DNA of 64,000 nt, taken from an uncultured delta proteobacterium. GTDB taxonomy: Bacteria; Desulfobacterota; Desulfobacteria; Desulfobacterales; JAHEIW01. Location of the stretch: positions 416,001 to 480,000 of the forward strand of contig CAVPNL010000015.1 of NCBI GenBank assembly GCA_963706575.1, written 5' to 3'. Position numbers and translations under genes: made by a program. Shown piece after piece: positions 49,773 to 58,710 of this stretch; position 1 is the first letter of the stretch; every line of letters begins with the position of its first letter. The notes beneath the pieces are model-generated. The model was not told the DNA's origin and searched no databases. It saw only the letters and a list, made by a program, of their open reading frames with translations.

Positions 49773-50957
49773 TTAAAGCTTTGATTTTTCGACTGCAATC
49801 CGAGCGGCATCATCAATGGATATCGTACGGTCACAATATGTGACGCCGTATTTGTTCAGGATCTTGAAACCTTCTTCTTCCCAGGCACCGGGGATGCGAA
49901 AAACGGCCACGGTTTCAGAAGGTACTTTCCCGGCTTCCAGAATGCCCTTAATGATTCCGCGGGCGACCAGATCAACCCGGGTGTTGCTCACCACATTCAT
50001 GATGATCGCAATTGTTTGAACATTGGGCTTTGAAAGAATCAACTTTGTCAACTCGGCAACCTTTTGAACCGACGGATTGCCTCCGATTTCACAATAATTT
50101 GCCGGCACCCCTCCATGGGCACGAACCGCATCAAAAGCAGTCAATGAAGCCCCCCCGCCACCGATGATCAAACCCATGGTGCCATCGAACTCGATCATGC
50201 GGCCGGCCACGCCTCGATGGTCGATCTGATCGATCTCTGCGGCTTTACGTTCAAATTCAGTAACATTACGAGAAGCTTTGAACCGGCTGTGATCCTCCCC
50301 CAGTTGAACGAACTCCTTGTGTCGAAAAGTGGCATCATCATCAATTTCAAGATGGCAATCCAGTGCAATCAACCGGCCATCGCCGGTTCGTGCCAGCGGA
50401 TTGATCTCAGCCAGTGTTGCGTCATAATCAATAAAAATTTCTGCCAATTTCGAAAGGATTGCAGCCAGGCCCAGCAGTTGTTTGCCGGTAACACCGGTTT
50501 CAGAAATAATTTCTCGGGCCCGGTACTGTGGCAGTCCGGATCGCAAAGAAAAGGTTTCTTGAGATACCTTACCCGGTGTACTGGCAGCGATACCCTCGAC
50601 GTCCACTCCTCCCTCTTTGGAAAAAATGGCAAGCGGCGCCTTTGTGACGGTATCGTAAGTAACGGCCATGAAAAATTCCTCTTCGACCGCCAGTTTCTCT
50701 TCAATCAGGATCTTATTGGCTTGATAACCTTTCAGTGGTGTGGCGAGCAGATGTTGCATATGGATTTTAGCATCATCGTATGTTGCCGCCGTTAGAATTC
50801 CACCGGATTTGGCCCGGCCACCGATGGGAATCTGGGCTTTTAGCATGGCCGGATATTTGATATCCAGCGGATCATCTTTTGAAACGACAACACCGGTGGG
50901 TGTTGTAATTTTGTATTTCCTTAAAATTTCTTTAGATTCAAATTCCAGTAGTCTCAT
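49773..50957 (-). CDS. Succinyl-CoA synthetase beta-like / ACL-like ATP-grasp CoA ligase subunit
   Basis: KAQIPIGGRAKSGG and EINPL; acid-binding loops GGGGAS and PANYCEIGGNP. Confidence 0.88.
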   Translation of the reverse strand: MRLLEFESKEILRKYKITTPTGVVVSKDDPLDIKYPAMLKAQIPIGGRAKSGGILTAATYDDAKIHMQHLLATPLKGYQANKILIEEKLAVEEEFFMAVTYDTVTKAPLAIFSKEGGVDVEGIAASTPGKVSQETFSLRSGLPQYRAREIISETGVTGKQLLGLAAILSKLAEIFIDYDATLAEINPLARTGDGRLIALDCHLEIDDDATFRHKEFVQLGEDHSRFKASRNVTEFERKAAEIDQIDHRGVAGRMIEFDGTMGLIIGGGGASLTAFDAVRAHGGVPANYCEIGGNPSVQKVAELTKLILSKPNVQTIAIIMNVVSNTRVDLVARGIIKGILEAGKVPSETVAVFRIPGAWEEEGFKILNKYGVTYCDRTISIDDAARIAVEKSKL

Positions 50958-50969
50958 CAGCCCTCCATT

Positions 50970-51012
50970 TGGTCGATTGTCGACTATTTGCATATTGGTT
51001 GATTGGTGTCAA
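50970..51012. promoter_or_regulatory. Putative GntR operator overlapping the minus-strand promoter
   Basis: Near-palindrome ATTGTCGACTAT (50976-50987) within repeated TGGT(C/T)GATTG; TTGACA on the minus strand at ~51007-51012. Confidence 0.45.
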
Positions 51013-51294
51013 GAAAAATAAGCCGGATGAAAGCGCTTAGCGCCCGTCCGTCACCGGCATGTCTGGGGAGACGGATGTCTACTTTTATTCAACTTGACTT
51101 TCCCACTATTTTACTGATATTCAACCCCTGTTTGAGTGAAAATTTTTAATAATAACCAATAGATTCCGGATTGTTTGATGGGTAGATCGGCTATGATTCA
51201 AACGTATTAAATGCCCCGCTTCTTTGAACGAGAGCGGGGTTTTATTTTGAAAAGGGGAACAGGCCGATTAGTTAACTTATTAAAATAAGGAGGT

Positions 51295-51720
51295 ATGAGG
51301 ATGAAGAAATTGAAAAAAGTGATCCCAATCCTGATTTTGTGTCTGGCTATGGGTGTCTGGCTTGCTGGCTGCGCCGGCAAAGGTGCGCCTGAAAAGACCA
51401 ATTGTGATGCCAGCATCAAATGGGATGTGACTGATCAGGCCAAGCTCACCCAGTTTGACTGTGCGGTGGGCAAACACGGCGGCCAGCCATCTTTGATTTT
51501 TACCATCGGCATCGAAAATCCAACCGAACAGCCCTATCGGTACCGGGTCAACGTTTTTCTGGAGGACATGGACAAAGCCGCCGGACATTACGTGCCGCGC
51601 AAAGGCAAACCACCGGTCGTAAATCCCGGCAAAACAGAAACCGTCAAGATCCCTTTTATCGGAACCGACCAATTGTCGAAAAAAGTCCTGGTAGTGGTGA
51701 CGACGATGAGCCGGGATTAA
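51295..51720 (+). CDS. Lipoprotein, beta-sandwich-like, first gene of the TAXI operon
   Basis: LAGC lipobox; RBS AAGGAGG. Confidence 0.8.
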   Translation: MRMKKLKKVIPILILCLAMGVWLAGCAGKGAPEKTNCDASIKWDVTDQAKLTQFDCAVGKHGGQPSLIFTIGIENPTEQPYRYRVNVFLEDMDKAAGHYVPRKGKPPVVNPGKTETVKIPFIGTDQLSKKVLVVVTTMSRD

Positions 51721-51767
51721 ATTGAGATCACATCAAATGATAGCAGATATGAAGGAGGAAGTTTAAG

Positions 51768-52751
51768 ATGAAAAAGCTGAATATGAAATGTGTCCTTGCG
51801 GGCATTTTTATTTTATGCACGGTTTTATTGATCAGCGGTCCGGCTCTGGCCCGCACCGAATTTATTTCCCTCGGAACCGGGGGAACCGGCGGTATTTACT
51901 ATCCCTACGGCGGCGGTGTGGCAGAAATCTGGAACCGGCATGCCCCCGGCGTCAGAGCGGTAGCCGAGGTGACCGGGGCCAGTGTCGAAAACGTCAAGCT
52001 GGCCCATAAAGGTGAAACCGTCATTGGGGAAGTTATGGGTGATGTGGCGGTGGACGGTTTTAAGGGTCTCACCAAATTTAAAGGCAAAAAACACGATATC
52101 CTCTCCATGGCCATCATGTATCCCAACCTGCTGCAAGTGGTCACTCTTAAAAAATACGGGATTACCAATATTGAACAGATCAAAGGCAAAAAGATCAGCT
52201 CCGGCAGTCCGGGCAGCGGCACCAACTTCATGGCCGAGGCCGTGTTTGAGGCCCTGGGCATACCGAAAGATTCATACAAAGACAGCCGCCTGTCTTTTAC
52301 CGAAAGTGCCAATGCGTTGAGAGACGGCACCATCGAAGTGGGGGTGTGGTCCGTGGGACCCGGAACCAGCTCAATTCTGGATCTGGCCACCACCCATGAT
52401 ATTCACATCATTAATTTTACACCCGAACAGCAAAATAAAATTTTGGCTACCCGAAAAGAATATTCGGCGGTGGATCTGGCCGGCGGTGTGTACCGCGGGG
52501 TGGACAAGGCCGTACCTACCATCGGTGTGTGGAACGTGATGATTTGTCAAACGGGTCTGAGCACAGACCTGGTCTATAAGCTCGCGAAAGCCCTATATGA
52601 GCACCAGGACTATCTGCTCAAGATTCACCCGTCGGCCTCGTACACGACACCTGAAAATGCGGTGAAGTACTCACCGATTCCTTTGCATCCGGGCACGATC
52701 AAATATCTGAAAGAAAAGGGTGTCGCCGTGCCGGCCAAGCTGATGCCGTAA
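51768..52751 (+). CDS. TAXI family TRAP solute-binding protein
   Basis: GTGGTGGIYYPYG, TGASVEN, GSPGSGT and PIPLHPG motifs. Confidence 0.93.
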   Translation: MKKLNMKCVLAGIFILCTVLLISGPALARTEFISLGTGGTGGIYYPYGGGVAEIWNRHAPGVRAVAEVTGASVENVKLAHKGETVIGEVMGDVAVDGFKGLTKFKGKKHDILSMAIMYPNLLQVVTLKKYGITNIEQIKGKKISSGSPGSGTNFMAEAVFEALGIPKDSYKDSRLSFTESANALRDGTIEVGVWSVGPGTSSILDLATTHDIHIINFTPEQQNKILATRKEYSAVDLAGGVYRGVDKAVPTIGVWNVMICQTGLSTDLVYKLAKALYEHQDYLLKIHPSASYTTPENAVKYSPIPLHPGTIKYLKEKGVAVPAKLMP

Positions 52752-53294
52752 ATGAAAGAATCGACCGGGAAAAGCCGGCTGCCGCTGATGGTGGCAGCCG
52801 GCCTGGTAGCTGTCTTTTTTTTGGTCAGCTGGCGCGTACCCGGTGGTCTGGAATTAACCGTTACACCGCTAAAAGGCGGTCCACCGCTGCTGACTCTGCC
52901 CCTGCAGCCCGGTGAGCGCTTTACCCTGCATTATTATCATTCGGTCGAAAAGGCCCCGATCTGGGAAGAGCACAGCCTGGACACCGCAGGCCGTATTTAC
53001 ATTGAAGAGGAGCGCTATTTGAAATTCGGCGCCGGCATGGGCCGCATGCCCGGTGTGGGCCGCATGGTCCGGCGGGGCAAGTATGAGGTTATCGAAGATA
53101 TGCACATGCCCACCGGGGATTTTGTACTGCGGGTGGGCAGCCCCGGTGTCGATCATACCGTTATCTGGCGCGGCCGCCGTAAAAACCTGTCGGCAGTGGC
53201 CCCGCACGCAGCGGTCCAGTTTTCCGCCCGACCTGTGAGTTTGTTGTACAACCTGTGGCGTCGAATAGTACCGCATCCGGCAACGCCAAAGTAA
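52752..53294 (+). CDS. DUF1850 domain protein
   Basis: F.LHYYHSVEK.P..E and FGAGM motifs; located between TAXI and permease. Confidence 0.85.
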   Translation: MKESTGKSRLPLMVAAGLVAVFFLVSWRVPGGLELTVTPLKGGPPLLTLPLQPGERFTLHYYHSVEKAPIWEEHSLDTAGRIYIEEERYLKFGAGMGRMPGVGRMVRRGKYEVIEDMHMPTGDFVLRVGSPGVDHTVIWRGRRKNLSAVAPHAAVQFSARPVSLLYNLWRRIVPHPATPK

Positions 53295-53310
53295 CGGCCG
53301 GAGCACAAAA

Positions 53311-53466
53311 ATCGTGGTGGAAGCCACTCCCACAGCTATCGGCAATCAGCGCAGATTTCTCATGTTCTTATCGAAATAATTTGTGGGAGCGGCATATTGC
53401 CGCGATACTCGAGTAGGGTCGGCCATCGTGCCGACCAGACCAGCGGCCACTGTGGACCGCCCTATG
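53311..53466. repeat. Cluster of GTGG/GTAG-type REP sequences (REPIN/BIME-like)
   Basis: atcgtggtggaagccactcccaca / tgtgggagcggcatattgccgcgat and gtagggtcggccatcgtgccgacc / ggaccgccctat. Confidence 0.65.
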
Positions 53467-53519
53467 CCAACACTTCAAATTCAGATCGAACGTTACGAAA
53501 ACCTCGCAAGGAAATTTTA

Positions 53520-55442
53520 ATGGCGAAGCCTGAATCAGCAGAAACCAAAACCCCCACTGCCTGGCTGATTGCCAAAAGCCTGACAATCATCGGTGTGGTC
53601 CTTAGCCTTTTTCAGCTGTATACTGCCGGTATGGTGGCCATGACCGCCATGCGCCACCGGTCCGTTTTTTTAACCTGCATTCTGGCAATGACCTTTTTAA
53701 TTAAACCCCTGTACAAAGGGGCCCGTAAAGATAAATTAAACTTTGCTATGGTTGTCGATCTGATTTTAATCGCCATGACGGTTTTCATCGGGCTTTACAT
53801 TTTTATCGATTTGCAGGGCATCTTCGAGCGCCAGGGGGACTGGAGCCCCTGGGATTTTCGGGTGGGCGTTGCACTGGTGATCCTGGTGCTGGAGGCCACC
53901 CGCCGGGTGATCGGTTTGAATTTAACGATCATTGCCATTATGGCTCTGCTTTTTGGCTATTTCGGCCCCTGGATGCCGGAGCTGATCGTTCACAAGGGGT
54001 ACAGTGTCGAGCGCATCGCCACCACCCTTTCGCTGACCACCGAGGGTATCTTCGGTTTGCCCCTGGGGGTGGCATCCACCTTTGTTTTCATATTCATCCT
54101 GTTCGGGGCCTTTCTGGATAAAACCGGGGCGGGCAAATTTTTTATCGACCTTTCTTATTCCATTACCGGGCGCTTTTCCGGCGGCCCCGCCAAGACAGCG
54201 GTGGTGGCCAGCGGGTTTATGGGCTCGGTGGCCGGCAGTGCCGTGGCCAACGTGGTGGCCACCGGATCCTTTACGATCCCCATGATGAAAAAAATCGGCT
54301 ACCGCAAACATGTGGCCGCGGCGGTGGAAGCCGCCGCTTCGACGGGGGGACAGCTGATGCCGCCCATTATGGGTGCCGGCGCCTTTCTGATGGCTGAATT
54401 TACCCAGACGCCCTATCTCGAAATCGTTAAAATTGCATTTATTCCGGCGGTACTTTACTTTTTTTCGGTCATCTTGTTCGTGCATTTTGAGGCCCAGAAA
54501 CAGGGTATCTGGGGGCTACCAAAGGACCAGTTGCCGAACATCGTTCAAACCCTTAAAGCGGGGATTCACTTTATTATCCCGGTGGCCATTCTCATTACCG
54601 TGCTGGTCATGAACTACAGCCCGATGATGGCCGGATTTATTGCCATTTTAGCCGTATACTGCACCGCCTTGATACGCAAAGGCTCCCGGATTTCTTTTGC
54701 CACCCTGATTAAGACCCTGGAACAGGGGGCCCGCAACGCTATCGTTGTAGCGGTGGCCTGCGCGGCCGCCGGCATCATCGTGGGGATTGTGAACTTAACC
54801 GGCACCGGGCTGCGCTTTTCTTCTCTGGTGGTTTCGCTTTCCCAGGGTATTCCGCTGCTCGCCCTGTTACTGGTCGCATTGACCTCTCTTTTTCTGGGAA
54901 TGGGATTGCCGGTGACGGCTTCTTATATTGTTTTGATCATTCTGGCCGGCCCCGGACTCATGGATCTGGGGATACCGCTGCTCACCGCCCACATGGTGGT
55001 TTTCTGGTACAGCCAGGATGCCAATGTCACGCCCCCGGTGGCCCTGGAATCCTTTGCCGCCTCCGGAATTGCCGGTTCAAGCCCGATGAAAACTGCGTTT
55101 ACGTCCTGGAAACTGGCCAAGGGCCTGTATATCATTCCCATCATTATGGTCTACCATCCGCTGCTTTTAAACGGGCCCACCCCAGAGGTCATCAAAACGG
55201 TTATTTTTTCGGTTTTTTCGATCATCGCCTTTGTGGTCTGTATGGAACGTTATTTTCTAACACACCTGACCTGGCCGGAAACGATTTTGCAGGGCGCCAG
55301 CGCCCTGTTGCTCATCTGGGCCAATCCGACTTACAATTATATCGGTCTGGTCATATTCATTATCCTGGTCGTTTATCAAATTATCCACAAGAAAAAACAT
55401 CCAGGACCGCAACCGCCACCATCCAAACCATCTCCAGTGTAA
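53520..55442 (+). CDS. TRAP transporter fused 4TM/12TM permease
   Basis: LEATRR, GGPAK, ASTGGQLMPPIMGAGAF, LGMGLP and TPPVAL motifs. Confidence 0.93.
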   Translation: MAKPESAETKTPTAWLIAKSLTIIGVVLSLFQLYTAGMVAMTAMRHRSVFLTCILAMTFLIKPLYKGARKDKLNFAMVVDLILIAMTVFIGLYIFIDLQGIFERQGDWSPWDFRVGVALVILVLEATRRVIGLNLTIIAIMALLFGYFGPWMPELIVHKGYSVERIATTLSLTTEGIFGLPLGVASTFVFIFILFGAFLDKTGAGKFFIDLSYSITGRFSGGPAKTAVVASGFMGSVAGSAVANVVATGSFTIPMMKKIGYRKHVAAAVEAAASTGGQLMPPIMGAGAFLMAEFTQTPYLEIVKIAFIPAVLYFFSVILFVHFEAQKQGIWGLPKDQLPNIVQTLKAGIHFIIPVAILITVLVMNYSPMMAGFIAILAVYCTALIRKGSRISFATLIKTLEQGARNAIVVAVACAAAGIIVGIVNLTGTGLRFSSLVVSLSQGIPLLALLLVALTSLFLGMGLPVTASYIVLIILAGPGLMDLGIPLLTAHMVVFWYSQDANVTPPVALESFAASGIAGSSPMKTAFTSWKLAKGLYIIPIIMVYHPLLLNGPTPEVIKTVIFSVFSIIAFVVCMERYFLTHLTWPETILQGASALLLIWANPTYNYIGLVIFIILVVYQIIHKKKHPGPQPPPSKPSPV

Positions 55443-55639
55443 GGTTTTGTTCAGTAAATTTGACGCCCTGTCTATAAAATTAGACGCTTTTACGACACCC
55501 GGTTACCGCTGCCGGTTATCCTTCATTCTAACCTGCTGAAAATTCACAACTTAATATTATCCGCCCGTTTCTGGAATACTTCTTGCTTTAATTCAAGGAT
55601 TGCCCGAAAATTATAATATGAAACTTTGCACAAGGAGAT

Positions 55640-58507
55640 ATGATGAAAAAAACAATACCTTTCGTGTTTGCCGCTATGATGCTTCTGTATGGAATCAGCT
55701 GCCCGGCCGCGGAACTCCTTGAGGTCATTACACCGGGCCACAAGGCCAAGCTGACGCATCAAGTAATCAATGAAAACAGCCTGCTGGTATCGGTTAAAGA
55801 TACGCAGAACAATCCCATTAAAGGGTTGAAGCTTGAAGATTTTGTAATCAAAAGCGGAAAAAGAGAAGCCCAGATCCAGTCCATCGAAGCCCTGGAGACC
55901 AGTGAGTCGGTACCGTTGAACATCGTGCTGGTAGTGGACAATTCATTTTCAATGAAAGAGCGCAGCGCCATCAAACCGCTGCTGGCTGCGCTGGACGAAT
56001 TTTTAAACAGCCTGCGCCCCATCGACAACGTCTCCATCGTTGTTTTCAATGCAAAAGACGGCATGAACGTCAAAGCCTACCGGCTGCATACCAAAGCCGC
56101 CAGCTCAAAATCGATACCGGAGTTGAAGCAGTTTTTAGATGAAGCCTTTGACGAAGGATTGACAAGCACCACCTATCTTTACGAAGCCATGGTGGCCGGC
56201 CTCAGTCTCATCCGTAAAATGCCCCCGGAAGACAATAAATTTCTGGTGGTTTTCTCCGATGGCGAGGACTTGAACAGTGATTTTAAAAGCTATGTGGTTG
56301 AGTCCGAGGCTCACGGGATCCGAAACCTGGAAATCTTTGCAGTCGATTATATGCCCCGCAAAAAAATGGATACGTTTCTGAAATCCTTTACCGAAGCACA
56401 CAATGGGCAGATCTGGAAGGCGCAATCCGCCTCTGAGCTGCTGCCCATATTTAAATCTTTTTCGACTACCCTGCTTTACCGTTACGTGGTCAATTACCGT
56501 TTTTTTGAGCCGCCCAGCGGCACAGTAAGCCTGGAGCCGGCGGCGCTAAATTTTGACATGCTGACCCTGCTGGATGGAACTCCGGTAACCAATCAGATCT
56601 TTTTTGAGACGGGTCAAAGCGAAATTTCCGATGGCTATGTGCTTTTGAAAGACCGCGCGCACACTGCCGCTTTTAACGAGAATGTGTTGACCAACTCTCT
56701 GGACCGCTACAAAAATGTGCTGAACATTGTCGGCCGGAAGTTAAACGAGATCCCGGAAGCCAATATCCGCATTGTCGGCTGTAACTCGGATAGCGGCATT
56801 GAGATTGGCAATCTGGATCTTTCCAGAGCCCGCGCCGAGACCGTAAAAAATTATCTTTCCTCTATCTGGGGCATTGCCGGCGATCGCATGAACGTCGAAG
56901 CGCGTAATTTGCCGGAAAGGGCGGCACCGGCAGACGCGCTGGGAAGCCGTCCGGAAAACCAACGCGTTGATATTATATATGACTCCAGCGACATGCAGGC
57001 AATGGCCGCCAATCAGTTTATTGCCGAAAGCAGCAACCTGACCAAAATAAAGATCCTCCCCCAGATTCTGGCCGAATACGGGGTGGCCGATTGGGAGCTG
57101 AACATCCAGGGGGATAATCAGACGATCAAGAGCTTGACGGGTGCCCAAATACTCGATCCCGTATTGGTCCTATCTCTGGATGATATCGGCCGGGATAAAC
57201 TGGCGGCCTGCACCAACCTGCAGGCACGCATCAAGGTGACCGACACCAATCAAGACACCTATGAGACGGCAACAGCCTTGTGTCCGGTTACGGTAACCCG
57301 TAAACAATTGATCCATGAGATGGTTGCCCCCCCCAAGGGAACCGTAGCCATTCTACCCGAAACGCTCACCATCGAAGAAGTGACAACCATCGACAGTTCC
57401 CCCCTGCTAAATTACGTTTTTTTTGAAACGGCTCAAAGTGACATTCCTTCCCGCTATGCGACCCTTTCCGGCCAGGCCGAAACCCGGTCATTTAGTGAAA
57501 GCAAATTAAAAGACACGACCGAAAAGTATGCGCATACCCTCAATATCATCGGTCGCCGTCTGCGCGATAATCCCGCAGCGCATATTAAAATTGTCGGCTG
57601 CAACTCCGACCGCGGGGAAGAGCACAACCGAAAGGACCTTTCCCGCAGCCGCGCCGAATCGGTTAAAGCATATTTAAAGTACATCTGGGGCATCGAAACA
57701 TCCAGAATGGAGATCGAAGCTCGCAGTCGACCCGCGGTTGCCAGTGCCAGCAGTGTCGCTGAAGGCCGTGCTGAAAACCAGCGGGTGGAAATCTACTCTG
57801 AATCCCCGGCTATTCTTGACACCGTCAAAAGCACCTACGTAACGGAGATCAGCAACAGCGAAGAAGTTAAGATCATGCCGCAAATCCGAACCGGTTATGA
57901 GCTGGAACGTTGGAGCGTTGCGCTGATAGGTGATGGAACGCTTATCGACTCTACTGCAGGACAGGGCGATTTGATGCCGGTGTATCCGTTTAATTTGAAA
58001 GCGCTCGGTTTGGCTAAAATCGGCGGATATGAAAATATCGGAGCCGATATTGAAGTCGAAGACAGAAAAGGCCGGACCTATAAGACCCATGCCAGCACCA
58101 GCGTACGCTTTATCAAACGCGAAGAGCGCGTCGCTAAAAAAGAAGGCTATAAGGTCATGGAAAAATATGCGCTGATTCTATTTGACTTTGACCGTGCCGA
58201 TATCAAAGACCGCAATCAGGCCGTAATGGATCGGATTATTGCCCGAATCAAAGAGGTTCCTACCGCAACGGTCAGTATTGTCGGCCATACCGATACCATC
58301 GGTAAAGAAGCTTATAACGTCGATCTTTCCAAGCGTCGGGCCAAGGCCGCATTTGAAATGATCGTTGCCGGTGGCGGTGTTAACAGCGGCAATATTTCCT
58401 ATGAAGGCGCCGGGCCCCATAACCCGCTGTTTGACAATGAGCTGCCGGAAGGCCGGGCGCTAAATCGCACGGTAACGGTGACGCTGGAATACGAACGACA
58501 GGAATAA
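55640..58507 (+). CDS. Secreted VWA-domain protein with three OmpA-like domains
   Basis: MIDAS DNSFS...T...SDGED; two LSR.RAE.VK.YL...NQRV repeats and one canonical GHTD...LSKRRA...NRTV domain. Confidence 0.85.
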   Translation: MMKKTIPFVFAAMMLLYGISCPAAELLEVITPGHKAKLTHQVINENSLLVSVKDTQNNPIKGLKLEDFVIKSGKREAQIQSIEALETSESVPLNIVLVVDNSFSMKERSAIKPLLAALDEFLNSLRPIDNVSIVVFNAKDGMNVKAYRLHTKAASSKSIPELKQFLDEAFDEGLTSTTYLYEAMVAGLSLIRKMPPEDNKFLVVFSDGEDLNSDFKSYVVESEAHGIRNLEIFAVDYMPRKKMDTFLKSFTEAHNGQIWKAQSASELLPIFKSFSTTLLYRYVVNYRFFEPPSGTVSLEPAALNFDMLTLLDGTPVTNQIFFETGQSEISDGYVLLKDRAHTAAFNENVLTNSLDRYKNVLNIVGRKLNEIPEANIRIVGCNSDSGIEIGNLDLSRARAETVKNYLSSIWGIAGDRMNVEARNLPERAAPADALGSRPENQRVDIIYDSSDMQAMAANQFIAESSNLTKIKILPQILAEYGVADWELNIQGDNQTIKSLTGAQILDPVLVLSLDDIGRDKLAACTNLQARIKVTDTNQDTYETATALCPVTVTRKQLIHEMVAPPKGTVAILPETLTIEEVTTIDSSPLLNYVFFETAQSDIPSRYATLSGQAETRSFSESKLKDTTEKYAHTLNIIGRRLRDNPAAHIKIVGCNSDRGEEHNRKDLSRSRAESVKAYLKYIWGIETSRMEIEARSRPAVASASSVAEGRAENQRVEIYSESPAILDTVKSTYVTEISNSEEVKIMPQIRTGYELERWSVALIGDGTLIDSTAGQGDLMPVYPFNLKALGLAKIGGYENIGADIEVEDRKGRTYKTHASTSVRFIKREERVAKKEGYKVMEKYALILFDFDRADIKDRNQAVMDRIIARIKEVPTATVSIVGHTDTIGKEAYNVDLSKRRAKAAFEMIVAGGGVNSGNISYEGAGPHNPLFDNELPEGRALNRTVTVTLEYERQE

Positions 58508-58710
58508 AAATATCGAAATTGAGTCCGCGGGCCCGTTAAGCCCGTTGAGCCGGTAGAACAAAAATAACATCGAATGAATAATAATCGATAAATACCTCGC
58601 TTAAATGATATGCCCGTTCAGAGCCTGAGTTCAAAACGGCGTTTTTCAAAAGAACGGGCGAAACATTGCTCGGTCATTGCTCGATTATTCAATCCGATAC
58701 ACCCCGATTC

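Noticed and set aside
53397..53519. N-terminal extension of the TRAP permease
   Set aside because: It runs through REP sequences; ATG 53520 has its own AAGGA RBS.
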